Shown: positions 8,928 to 17,931 of the stretch, one piece after another
Layout of the letters: the number at the start of each line of letters is the position of its first letter
Position numbering within the stretch: the first letter of the stretch is position 1
Source of the DNA: Clostridia bacterium
GTDB taxonomy: Bacteria > Bacillota > Clostridia > UBA1212 > UBA1255
DNA length: 64,000 nt
Direction: 5' to 3'
NCBI GenBank assembly: GCA_017517275.1
Contig: JAFWZX010000033.1
Coordinates: 3,587 to 67,586 of the forward strand
Position numbers and translations under genes: made by a program
The notes under the pieces: model-generated
The model's input: only the letters and a program-made list of their open reading frames with translations
Database searches by the model: none
Told to the model about the DNA's origin: nothing

Positions 8928-9827
8928 ATGCGTGATTTTTTTAGTAAAAAATGGTTTTTGTTTTCCTTGATTTTTTTGTTATCTGTTGTTACATCCTGCG
9001 GGAATGATAATTCATCTTCTAACAATATACCGCCGGATAAGACAGATAAAATAAGTATTATAAAAGACGGAAAGGCAGATTTTTCTAAAAAAGATGATTT
9101 GGGTGACAATCAGTTTTATACTGCTGAATCAAAAAAACTTTTTACTATCTCGAAATATGAAAACCTGGTCCACTCGCAAGGAGCTTGCTCTGACGGAACT
9201 TACGTATATGGAATAGCGAAAAACGCAGAGGATACAGAGGCAGTTATTTCAAAATACCTGCTGGCTGACGGCTCTTTTGTCGCGCGTAGCGAAGTCATGA
9301 AGCTGGGTCACGGAAATGATATGACCTTTGATTCAAAAAATAACCGTCTTGTTGTCGCTCACGGACAAACAGAGGGTAAGATACTGACTCTGGTGGATGC
9401 TGATACTTTAGCTTTTATTGAAGATATCAACATTGAAGCCGGCGCAGGCGCCATTTCTTATAACGCACAGCGTGATTGCTACGTTATAAGTCAGGGAGGC
9501 AAGACTCTTCATTTTTTGAACAGCAATTTCGAACTGATTAACAGCCTTACCCGCAGTGATAGCTTTGGATATACGGCTCAGGGTATGGGATCCGATAATA
9601 AATATATTTATTTTCCAATGAGTGGCTATAATGACAATATATTAGTGGTTTATGATTGGGAAGGTAATTACGTGACAAAAGTAGTTATTCCCGTGAAAAT
9701 GGAATCAGAAAGCATGTTCTGGGTTAACGGAAAATATTATATAGCATACAATTCAAACGGAATGCCTATCTGTGAAAACGACTTTATAATCGGTGATACC
9801 GGCAACAAAGATAATGATCCTGTTTGA
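8928..9827 (+). CDS. Hypothetical lipoprotein (repeat-rich, possibly beta-propeller-like)
   Basis: MRDFFSKKWFLFSLIFLLSVVTSC-GN lipobox, with GGAGG 8 nt upstream of the ATG at 8928. I recognise no family. Confidence 0.6.
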   Translation: MRDFFSKKWFLFSLIFLLSVVTSCGNDNSSSNNIPPDKTDKISIIKDGKADFSKKDDLGDNQFYTAESKKLFTISKYENLVHSQGACSDGTYVYGIAKNAEDTEAVISKYLLADGSFVARSEVMKLGHGNDMTFDSKNNRLVVAHGQTEGKILTLVDADTLAFIEDINIEAGAGAISYNAQRDCYVISQGGKTLHFLNSNFELINSLTRSDSFGYTAQGMGSDNKYIYFPMSGYNDNILVVYDWEGNYVTKVVIPVKMESESMFWVNGKYYIAYNSNGMPICENDFIIGDTGNKDNDPV

Positions 9828-9867
9828 AATGATTGCTAAACGTTCTCATATGTAAAACCGAAATTTT

Positions 9868-9908
9868 ATGAACTTTTCAATTTTATGTTGAAAAGTTCAT
9901 TTTTTATT
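9868..9908 (+). terminator. Intrinsic terminator
   Basis: ATGAACTTTTCAA-7 nt loop-TTGAAAAGTTCAT (13 bp stem) followed by TTTTTTATT. Confidence 0.65.
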
Positions 9909-9973
9909 GCTTTGGTTTGCGTTATTGAGTATATATGCAGATATAAAAAGTCCATTTTTTTTGAATATATATA

Positions 9974-10002
9974 TTGACACAATATTACATATATGGAATA
10001 AT
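9974..10002 (+). promoter_or_regulatory. Candidate promoter of the AT-rich island
   Basis: TTGACA (9974-9979), 17 nt spacer, TGG-AATAAT (extended -10-like, hexamer 9997-10002). Confidence 0.35.
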
Positions 10003-10150
10003 ATTTCACAAGGAAAATATTAGCGATACAATAATACGGGCGTATTGTCTTGAGGTTCTCGGAACTGTCGGTACAATAATATTAGGTTATTTTGAATTAG
10101 TAATATGTTGAGAAAAGTTTTTATACACTAATTAAAAAGGGGACATATCA

Positions 10151-10756
10151 ATGTTTAAAATAGTAAAGAAAATATTAGAAATGTATACAAAGGACTTGAC
10201 TGAGTTTTGGTGGCCGGTAATTCCTATAATAGTAATTATTATGGCAATATCTTGTATAATACAATATAAAAAGTTCAGTAATAGTAAAAATGCATTTTAT
10301 AAAGATAAAATAGATAATAAAACTATTGCTTATTTTGAAAAACAAAAAACAAAATGGAGATTTCCAAGTCCAGAGAATATAAGAAAATATAACACGATAT
10401 GTTTTATATTATGTTGTGTGTATTTGGATTTGAATGACTTTACGAAATTTTATGAGCATATCAATTCAATTAAATTGACATATCCCGAACATAACGAGCA
10501 GCGAGAAGAAATAAATGTTTTACTTTTTACATATTTTTCTGGAGAGAAAAGCATCTCTGTAATTAATACATATAACGAATACAAAAAAGTGGAAACTGAA
10601 CAACAGGTGATTTTTAAAAAGATGTCAAACACATTTCCGTTTTCTGAGTTTGATGAGAAATATGCTGCGCTTAAGGAAGTGTTAAACGCAAACATACAAG
10701 AAAATCACTTATGTAATTTTATTGAACTAGTAAAAGATATAAGTGATGATCAATAA
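10151..10756 (+). CDS. Hypothetical single-pass membrane protein with helical C-terminal domain
   Basis: 201 aa with one N-terminal TM (WWPVIPIIVIIMAISCIIQY). RBS AAGGGG lies 8 nt upstream. The gene is very AT-rich and I recognise no family. Confidence 0.55.
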   Translation: MFKIVKKILEMYTKDLTEFWWPVIPIIVIIMAISCIIQYKKFSNSKNAFYKDKIDNKTIAYFEKQKTKWRFPSPENIRKYNTICFILCCVYLDLNDFTKFYEHINSIKLTYPEHNEQREEINVLLFTYFSGEKSISVINTYNEYKKVETEQQVIFKKMSNTFPFSEFDEKYAALKEVLNANIQENHLCNFIELVKDISDDQ

Positions 10757-11034
10757 TATTTTTATATATTATGCAAACAGAGAATATTTATCACCGGATC
10801 AATCACAAAACGCAATAGAGAATGGGACGGAAAATATTTAGATATACAAGTTGATTTCTTAACAGCTAAAGTTTGCGCAATATATAAAGACGGAGAGAGT
10901 AAAATAGATTTTAGCAAATAGTTAAAATGGTTTGTTGGATTAGCACTACTTGATGAAAGCTATTGCATGGTCTGTAGTAGAAAATATTTTAGGTTTAATT
11001 GTAATTCCTGCTTATTTTATCTGGGGGTATTAAT

Positions 11035-11499
11035 ATGAGAAAAATGAAAAGTATACCTGTAATTATGCTTATAGCTTTAATGATTTTTTTTACCGGTTGT
11101 GATGAAAAGATATATTACTGGGAAACAGATTATTCGTATGAACAGATAGTGTCTATAAAGAATGTATACATTTCACCTGATGGTTTTGCAGATTCTGATT
11201 ACAAAGCATATTTTGTTTTAGAAGAGTTGTCATTGGATATAGCAGAAGACTTTATTAATGATGTTAAAAAAATCGAAATGAAGAAAGCGTTGGGCAGCCC
11301 CATGTCACTGATGTATGAAGGCTTTCTGGTAGAATTTGAAGACGGTAATAAAGTTCTTATTACACAGATCGGAATAAGAGAAGGAACATCCGAGGGACAC
11401 AGCCGGGTTACTTTTCTGCTTCGTTCGGAACAGCAGTTTGATGCGTTTTATTCGAAATATGCAAGCACTGTGCCGCAAAAAATCCCCAGAGAAGATTAA
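11035..11499 (+). CDS. Small hypothetical lipoprotein (paralog A)
   Basis: Lipobox MIFFTGC-DE, with RBS GGGGG 7 nt upstream. It is a paralog of the next gene. Confidence 0.6.
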   Translation: MRKMKSIPVIMLIALMIFFTGCDEKIYYWETDYSYEQIVSIKNVYISPDGFADSDYKAYFVLEELSLDIAEDFINDVKKIEMKKALGSPMSLMYEGFLVEFEDGNKVLITQIGIREGTSEGHSRVTFLLRSEQQFDAFYSKYASTVPQKIPRED

Positions 11500-11535
11500 T
11501 TGTTAATGTTTAACGAGCATGAAAGGGGTTTTTAT

Positions 11536-11985
11536 ATGAAGAAAAAAATACTTACTCTAAATGTTATATTGATTCTTTTATTGAGCGTTTTACTTTTGGT
11601 GGGCTGTGAGGATAATATATACTATTGGGACGTAGAGTTTTCTTATGAAGATATAAAGGAAGTAAAAGTTGTTCATGTTACATCTTCATATGATGAATAT
11701 TGTGTACTTGAAGATATACCCATGGAGCAATCACAAAAAATAATAGAAGATTTAAGTACTATAAAAATGTACAAAACAAGATATCAACATTGTGCCAGTA
11801 ACTACGGTTTTCTCTTTGTTTTTAACAGTGGAGAATACATTATTGTTACACAAATCGCAAGAGAGAGAGTTGTTTTCGAAGATGGCAAGCTTGTTGCAAA
11901 GGCTGATTGTTATGAATTTGATAAAGAACAATTTGATCAGGTGTTTTTCAAATACCTGTCTAATTATCCGCAAGATTTATGGTAA
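11536..11985 (+). CDS. Small hypothetical lipoprotein (paralog B)
   Basis: MKKKILTLNVILILLLSVLLLVGC-ED lipobox, with RBS GAAAGGGG 7 nt upstream of the ATG at 11536. It shares motifs with 11035..11499. Confidence 0.6.
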   Translation: MKKKILTLNVILILLLSVLLLVGCEDNIYYWDVEFSYEDIKEVKVVHVTSSYDEYCVLEDIPMEQSQKIIEDLSTIKMYKTRYQHCASNYGFLFVFNSGEYIIVTQIARERVVFEDGKLVAKADCYEFDKEQFDQVFFKYLSNYPQDLW

Positions 11986-12378
11986 GGTAAAGAGAAGAAC
12001 TAGTATGTAAAATATAAGTTATATCATTTGAGTTTTATGTTGCCTGATAATTGGTGTGTAGAGGAAACAGTTGATGATCTTTCCCTTTACAACCCTAATG
12101 GCAATGGTGCGAAGCAATCTATATGTACAGCCCCAATTTTTCTTGTCGTACTCCTGTACGGCAGCAACCCTATGTCAGTAATGTTCTCGTACTGTCTTAT
12201 TGGAAACTACCCTGAATAGTTCGCTCTTTTCAAAAACGCTAAAAAATTTTTTAGGTTTAAATTAATTCACAAAACATAAAAAATGTGAATGTCTGGGTTG
12301 CGCCGACGAGTTGTTTTTGGTATACTTACCGCAAATATTAACAGTCCGTTAATAAAATCTTAATAAGGGAGATTAAGT

Positions 12379-13860
12379 ATGAATTCTATTACAAAAAGAT
12401 TGCTCGTTGTCATAATGGCATGCTGCATATTCCTTGTAGCAATGTCAGGATGCGGCGGAGATATCACTCCGACACCGGAACCTACAATGACACCTGAAGA
12501 GTTGGCCGCGATAGCAGAGCAAGAGGCATATGATGCTTTTAAAAAGCAGTTTTATACTGAATACCGGAATGAAAATTTTAATGCATCTGATATTGTTCTT
12601 ACGTTTGCAGTAATCAGTGATATACATATGGGCTTGTATAAACAGGACGAGAAGCTCCAAGATAGTATGAACTTCTTAAAGAGTCGCCTTGTGAACAAAC
12701 TTGATGCAATTATGTTAGCAGGAGACATTACAAACAGCTACAATGCTTCTAAAGATGAGAGCCAGATTACTATTACAAGAGATATATTATTAAATACTTT
12801 TTCTGAACATACGGCTTTTTTCTATTGCCTGGGCAGAGGCCACGATTGCGGTGGATATGAGTCATCCGGAGTTCAGAAAACAGGTGATGAGCAAAGAAAG
12901 AAGTTCTATGAGTTGTTTGGGGAACGTTTTAGAGTAGGCGAGACACAAACGTATGAAGAGACTATTGAAGGTTACAAACACGCAGTCATTGGCGGATATA
13001 ATTTCCTTGCCGTAGATATGTTTGCCGGTGATTATTCTAATCAATCACTTAAATGGTTAGAGAATAAATTAAAAGATATTACAAAAGCAGAGCCTGATAA
13101 GCCTGTTTTCGTAACGACTCACGTTCCTGTTACGGCGAGCATTTCAAAGGTCCTCGATAAATTCCCTCAAGTAATACATTTCAGCGGCCATGATCATACT
13201 CCGTTTAATACACAAAGGGCTATATCCCAATCGAAATTTACTGAACTGTATAACGGCGGAATGGCATATTACAGAGAGACAAACGTAGATTCACTTAGTG
13301 TACTTGATAACGGAAATAATTTTGAATATTCACAAGGTTTCCTCGTAGAAGTAGACCGTAATAATAACGTGCGTGTTCTTCGCTACGACATGTATTATAA
13401 AGATATTTTAGATAATTCATGGGTTATTCCTGCTCCGAAGGAGGATGGCTCTCATTTGGAACTGTATACAGTACAGCGCTTTAGGGACGGCGAGAAACCT
13501 GTGTTCCCTGAGAATGCTACGATAACCTTTGAGTTTCCCCAGGAAAATATAAAAGATTCTGTTAAAATTTCCTTCCCGGCGGCTCAATCTGTTGACGGAA
13601 TGGAAATATCGCATTATGCTATAAATGCTGTTATCAAAGATGGCGGCGGTAATCAGTATACTGAGAAAATGACAATATCAAGCCTACTGGTAAAGCATCC
13701 CGACGGAAAGGGTCTTCCGGAAGTATACACAGTTGAGATTCCCGGTGTTGCTCCTCCATATTCCTACAAGGTAACTGTAAGAGCGTATGCATGTTCCGGC
13801 AAGGCATCAGCAAATTTAGTTGCTGAGGTAATAAGCGAGAAGTATGTTGATATAATTTAA
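12379..13860 (+). CDS. Calcineurin-like metallophosphoesterase lipoprotein
   Basis: Lipobox VAMSGC-GG followed by a TPTPEPTMTPEE linker. Metallophosphoesterase motifs ISDIHMG, AGDITN, TTHVP and FSGHDH are present. Confidence 0.8.
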   Translation: MNSITKRLLVVIMACCIFLVAMSGCGGDITPTPEPTMTPEELAAIAEQEAYDAFKKQFYTEYRNENFNASDIVLTFAVISDIHMGLYKQDEKLQDSMNFLKSRLVNKLDAIMLAGDITNSYNASKDESQITITRDILLNTFSEHTAFFYCLGRGHDCGGYESSGVQKTGDEQRKKFYELFGERFRVGETQTYEETIEGYKHAVIGGYNFLAVDMFAGDYSNQSLKWLENKLKDITKAEPDKPVFVTTHVPVTASISKVLDKFPQVIHFSGHDHTPFNTQRAISQSKFTELYNGGMAYYRETNVDSLSVLDNGNNFEYSQGFLVEVDRNNNVRVLRYDMYYKDILDNSWVIPAPKEDGSHLELYTVQRFRDGEKPVFPENATITFEFPQENIKDSVKISFPAAQSVDGMEISHYAINAVIKDGGGNQYTEKMTISSLLVKHPDGKGLPEVYTVEIPGVAPPYSYKVTVRAYACSGKASANLVAEVISEKYVDII

Positions 13861-13880
13861 AAATAGATCAGGAGATAAAA

Positions 13881-15623
13881 ATGATCGTTTTAGGTTGCGA
13901 TAGTATAACATTATCATTTGGTAGTGAGGTTGTCCTTGACAACCTCACGTTTTCTGTAAATGAAGGTGACCGTCTTGGTATTGTCGGAGCTAATGGTGCT
14001 GGCAAGACTTCTTTGTTCAGAGTTATCAGAGACGAAGTGAACTATACCGGCAACGTTTTTATTTCTTCAGGTAGCACTGTAGGAATTTTATACCAGAATC
14101 CCATTGTAGAATCCGAGAATACGCTCTTTGACGAGCTTATACAGGTTTTTCACCATAAAATAGAAAACGATTACGATATATATGACTACAAATACCAAGT
14201 CGATACAATTCTTCATAAGTTAGGTTTTAGCGATGAGGAGTTCACAAAGAAAGTAAATTCTTTTTCCGGTGGACAAAAAACGCGTATAGCATTAGGTAAG
14301 CTGTTGCTACTCCAACCGGATATTTTGTTGTTGGATGAGCCAACAAACCATCTTGACGTAGATACGTTATATTGGCTTGAAGATTATCTTGCTTCTTTTA
14401 AATCAACAATTATCGTTATTTCTCACGATCGTTATTTCCTCGATAAGGTCGCGACGAAAATACTTGATATAGAAAACGGTAAAGGTAAGCTTTATAACGG
14501 TAACTATTCATCTTACGTAATTCAGAAGCAAAAAGACCGCGAGATTCAACAGCATCATTATGAAAACCAGCAAAAAGAAATAAAACGCATTGAGGACTTT
14601 ATCACTTTACAACATAAATGGAACAGGGAGCATAATATTGTTGCAGCCGAGAGCCGCCAAAAGTATCTAGACAAAATGGAGAAAATTGATGCTCCTGACG
14701 CGCTTCCTCAAATAATCAGACTTAGCTTTGACGCGGGAAGAGAGAGCGGAAACGATGTTTTAAGCGTATCTAAGCTTTCGAAAAGTTTTGATTCCAAGAT
14801 TGTTTTCGAGAACTTGAATTTTCAAGTGAGAAAAGGAGAGTTTGTTTTCATTACCGGTAAAAACGGCAGCGGTAAAAGTACTCTTATGAAAATTTTAAAC
14901 GGCAGATTGGCGCCGTCTTCGGGTCGTATCTACTGGGGATATAACGTACAATGCGGATATTATGACCAGGAAAACCAAAATCTTAATCCGTCAAATACGG
15001 TGCTTGATGAGATGTCAGAATATTACAGGACGCACTCTCTTACGCAGGTCCGCTCGGCGCTGGCACAGTTTCTTTTCAAAGGGGATGACGTCAACAAAAA
15101 AGTCAGCGTTCTGTCCGGCGGTGAGAAGGCAAGATTGACCTTGGCCAAGCTTATTTTGCGCAAAAACAATGTTCTGATTTTAGATGAGCCTACAAACCAT
15201 CTTGATATAGGCTCAAAAGAAGCCTTAGAACAGGCTCTTTGCGAATACAAAGGAACTATAATTGCCGTCTCTCACGATAGATATTTTATACAAAAGCTCT
15301 GTACACGAATGATTAATATTTCTGACTATGCGGCTATGTCGGAAGACAGCAGCGATGCAGCTTTAGAAAATAAAAATCAAGTGTCGGAGTCAAAAATTGC
15401 ATATTCTGAGGCAAAAAAAGCCGCTTCTGACAAGCGGAAATTAGAAAATGCAAAGAAAAAAGCTGAACTTCAGATTGTTATTTTGGAAAAACGATTGGAG
15501 GAAATAGAAAAACTTTTACATTTAGATGAAAATCAAGCCGATTACGTTAAATTATCTCAATTAGATAATGAGAAAAACGGCATTGAAGAACAACTGTTAG
15601 AACTATATGAATTAACAATGTAG
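13881..15623 (+). CDS. ABC-F family ATPase (tandem ABC domains, no TM; translation-factor type)
   Basis: Two Walker A motifs (GANGAGKTS, GKNGSGKST), two signatures (FSGGQKTR, LSGGEKAR), a charged inter-domain linker and a C-terminal coiled-coil tail. Confidence 0.85.
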   Translation: MIVLGCDSITLSFGSEVVLDNLTFSVNEGDRLGIVGANGAGKTSLFRVIRDEVNYTGNVFISSGSTVGILYQNPIVESENTLFDELIQVFHHKIENDYDIYDYKYQVDTILHKLGFSDEEFTKKVNSFSGGQKTRIALGKLLLLQPDILLLDEPTNHLDVDTLYWLEDYLASFKSTIIVISHDRYFLDKVATKILDIENGKGKLYNGNYSSYVIQKQKDREIQQHHYENQQKEIKRIEDFITLQHKWNREHNIVAAESRQKYLDKMEKIDAPDALPQIIRLSFDAGRESGNDVLSVSKLSKSFDSKIVFENLNFQVRKGEFVFITGKNGSGKSTLMKILNGRLAPSSGRIYWGYNVQCGYYDQENQNLNPSNTVLDEMSEYYRTHSLTQVRSALAQFLFKGDDVNKKVSVLSGGEKARLTLAKLILRKNNVLILDEPTNHLDIGSKEALEQALCEYKGTIIAVSHDRYFIQKLCTRMINISDYAAMSEDSSDAALENKNQVSESKIAYSEAKKAASDKRKLENAKKKAELQIVILEKRLEEIEKLLHLDENQADYVKLSQLDNEKNGIEEQLLELYELTM

Positions 15624-15638
15624 ATAGGAGACCGACAA

Positions 15639-16253
15639 GTGAAAAAAATGTGCTATATTGTAGGTGCCGGAGACATTTCAAATACTACTATAAGGATTCC
15701 TGACGGAGCATTCGTTATAAGTGCTGACGGAGGATACGAATATTTAAAGAACATAGGAATCACACCGGATGTGGCAGTGGGAGATTTTGATTCTCTGGGA
15801 TATATGCCCTGCGATACGGAAACAATTACTTTTCCTGCTGAGAAAGATTATCCTGACATGATGCTGGCCGTGGAGGAGGCAGTAAAACGCGGCTTTAACG
15901 ACGTTGTAGTATACGGTGCTTTGGGCGGTAGACTTGACCATACTATAGGCAATTTACAGCTGATTGCTTACTTTTCGCAAAGAAAAATTTCGGTGCGGCT
16001 GCTTGATGACTCTATTGTAATTGCCTGTGTTATGGATTCGCGTCTTGACTTAGGCAATAAGAAAGAAGGTCTTGTCTCTGTCTTTGCATTTGGTTCTACC
16101 GCATACGGCGTAAATATTAAGGGACTTAAGTACACTCTTACAGATGCAAATCTGGACGCAACCGTTCCTTTGGGTGTGAGCAACGAATTCATTGGTGAAA
16201 ATGCCTATGTAAGTGTGGAAAAAGGTAACCTTGTTGTGGTATACCAACGGTAA
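15639..16253 (+). CDS. thiN: Thiamine diphosphokinase
   Basis: IVGAGD..., ADGGY, VGDFDS and GGRLDHTIGNL motifs. The GTG start is preceded by AGGAGA. Confidence 0.8.
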   Translation: MKKMCYIVGAGDISNTTIRIPDGAFVISADGGYEYLKNIGITPDVAVGDFDSLGYMPCDTETITFPAEKDYPDMMLAVEEAVKRGFNDVVVYGALGGRLDHTIGNLQLIAYFSQRKISVRLLDDSIVIACVMDSRLDLGNKKEGLVSVFAFGSTAYGVNIKGLKYTLTDANLDATVPLGVSNEFIGENAYVSVEKGNLVVVYQR

Positions 16254-16327
16254 AAATATGTTGTTTTATTTTTATTTGTGATGTAGAATATGTGAGCACA
16301 ACATACTGTTTTTGGAGACGTTAAGAG

Positions 16328-17038
16328 ATGATAAAAGTAACCATATGGAATGAATTTTTACATGAGAAAACAGAGGAGAAAATTAAGGCTATATATCCTG
16401 ACGGTATTCATATGACTATTGCAGAGTTCCTCGGCAAAAATGATGATTTTGTGATTCGCACTGCAACTCTTGATGATCCTGATTGCGGTCTTCCTCAATC
16501 AGTACTTGATGATACAGACGTTTTAATTTGGTGGGGTCATATGGCACATCATCGCGTTCCGGATGAAGTTGCCGCTCGTGTTCAGAGCAGTGTTCTTAGG
16601 GGGATGGGATTAATCGTTCTTCATTCCGCTCATATGTCAAAGCCTTTTACAAGACTCATCGGTACTTCCGGTACTCTTAAGTGGAGAGACGGTGATAAGG
16701 AGCGTATCTGGTGTTGTAATCCCGGTCATCCTATTGCAGAAGGTGTTCCGGAGCAGTTTGTGCTGGATCCTGAAGAAATGTATGGTGAATATTTTGATAT
16801 TCCGCAGCCTGATGAGCTTGTTTTTATAAGCTGGTTTAAAGGCGGAGAGGTTTTCCGTTCCGGCGTTACGTTCAGACGCGGATACGGTAAGATATTCTAT
16901 TTCCGCCCGGGGCATGAGGGCAATCCTTCATATCATAATGAAAATGTTCAGAAGGTTATTACAAATGCTGTCAGATGGGCAAAGCCTATAAAACGAATTG
17001 ATGAATTAGTAGCTCCTATGACAGAAGCTCTGGAGTAA
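16328..17038 (+). CDS. ThuA-domain (trehalose-utilisation-like) protein
   Basis: MIKVTIWNEFLHEK...IWWGH.AH..V...LHS.H, typical of the ThuA family. Confidence 0.75.
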   Translation: MIKVTIWNEFLHEKTEEKIKAIYPDGIHMTIAEFLGKNDDFVIRTATLDDPDCGLPQSVLDDTDVLIWWGHMAHHRVPDEVAARVQSSVLRGMGLIVLHSAHMSKPFTRLIGTSGTLKWRDGDKERIWCCNPGHPIAEGVPEQFVLDPEEMYGEYFDIPQPDELVFISWFKGGEVFRSGVTFRRGYGKIFYFRPGHEGNPSYHNENVQKVITNAVRWAKPIKRIDELVAPMTEALE

Positions 17039-17135
17039 GGACAGCACAGAATATATTTAATTTGCGAAAAAAGCTCTTCGGTCGTATTTATTATCACCTT
17101 ACACAGTACCGTTGGGCTTTTTTTGATGTCACGAA

Positions 17136-17163
17136 TTACTGCAATTAAAAACTGTGGTATAAT
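17136..17163 (+). promoter_or_regulatory. Candidate promoter of the ABC-transporter/aconitase transcription unit
   Basis: TTACTG, 16 nt spacer, TGG-TATAAT (extended -10, hexamer 17158-17163). Confidence 0.4.
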
Positions 17164-17199
17164 ACATCAGAACAATTGATAGGGAGGGTAATCCGTATG

Positions 17200-17931
17200 C
17201 TCGAACTGAAAAATCTGACTAAGTGCTACGATAAACGCAAGACTGCCGCCGTGAGTGATATTAATCTAAAGGTTAATAAAGGGGAACTGTTTGGCTTCTT
17301 GGGACCAAATGGCGCAGGCAAAACTACAACTATAAAAATGATAACAGGTATCTTAGCTCCTACCGCAGGTGAAATATTAATTGACGGTATAAGCATTAAG
17401 GATGATCCTATAAAATATAAGAAAAATTTTGGCTACGTTTCGGACACGCCGAACCTTTATGAACGGCTTACAGGTATTGAATATCTGGAATTTATCGCAG
17501 ACGTATACGATGTAAACAGTGAAGCAAGGAAGGCTCAAATACAAAAATACGGAGCGATGTTTGATATTTATAATGCTCTTGGCGATAGAATAAAGTCCTT
17601 TTCTCACGGAATGAGACAAAAGCTTGTACTTATGGGGACTTTACTTCATAATCCAAAATTATGGATTCTCGACGAGCCTATGGTAGGCTTAGATCCAATG
17701 TCGGCTTATTGCCTTAAGGAGGAGATGAAGGAACATTGCAGGCAGGGCAATACAGTTTTCTTTTCTACTCATGTCTTGGAGGTGGCAGAGAAGCTTTGTG
17801 ACAGAATTGCTATTATATCCAATGGTGTTATCGTAGCAATCGGTACAATAGACGAATTAAAAGCTCAGGCCGAAGACGGAAATCTGACTTTAGAAGATAT
17901 ATTTATGAACGTTGTCAGGAGGCAAGAGTGA
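17200..17931 (+). CDS. ABC transporter ATP-binding protein (ABC-2/DrrA-like)
   Basis: Walker A GPNGAGKTT, signature-like FSHGMRQKL and Walker B WILDEP. The start at MLELKNL lies behind GGGAGG. Confidence 0.85.
   Translation, partial: LELKNLTKCYDKRKTAAVSDINLKVNKGELFGFLGPNGAGKTTTIKMITGILAPTAGEILIDGISIKDDPIKYKKNFGYVSDTPNLYERLTGIEYLEFIADVYDVNSEARKAQIQKYGAMFDIYNALGDRIKSFSHGMRQKLVLMGTLLHNPKLWILDEPMVGLDPMSAYCLKEEMKEHCRQGNTVFFSTHVLEVAEKLCDRIAIISNGVIVAIGTIDELKAQAEDGNLTLEDIFMNVVRRQE

Noticed and set aside
17039-17135. Long imperfect hairpin (AAAAAAGCTCTTCGGT...ACCGTTGGGCTTTTTTT) after the ThuA gene as a terminator
   Set aside because: The stem has internal mismatches and a 25-nt apical loop. It is plausible but too weak to list as a feature without folding energies.
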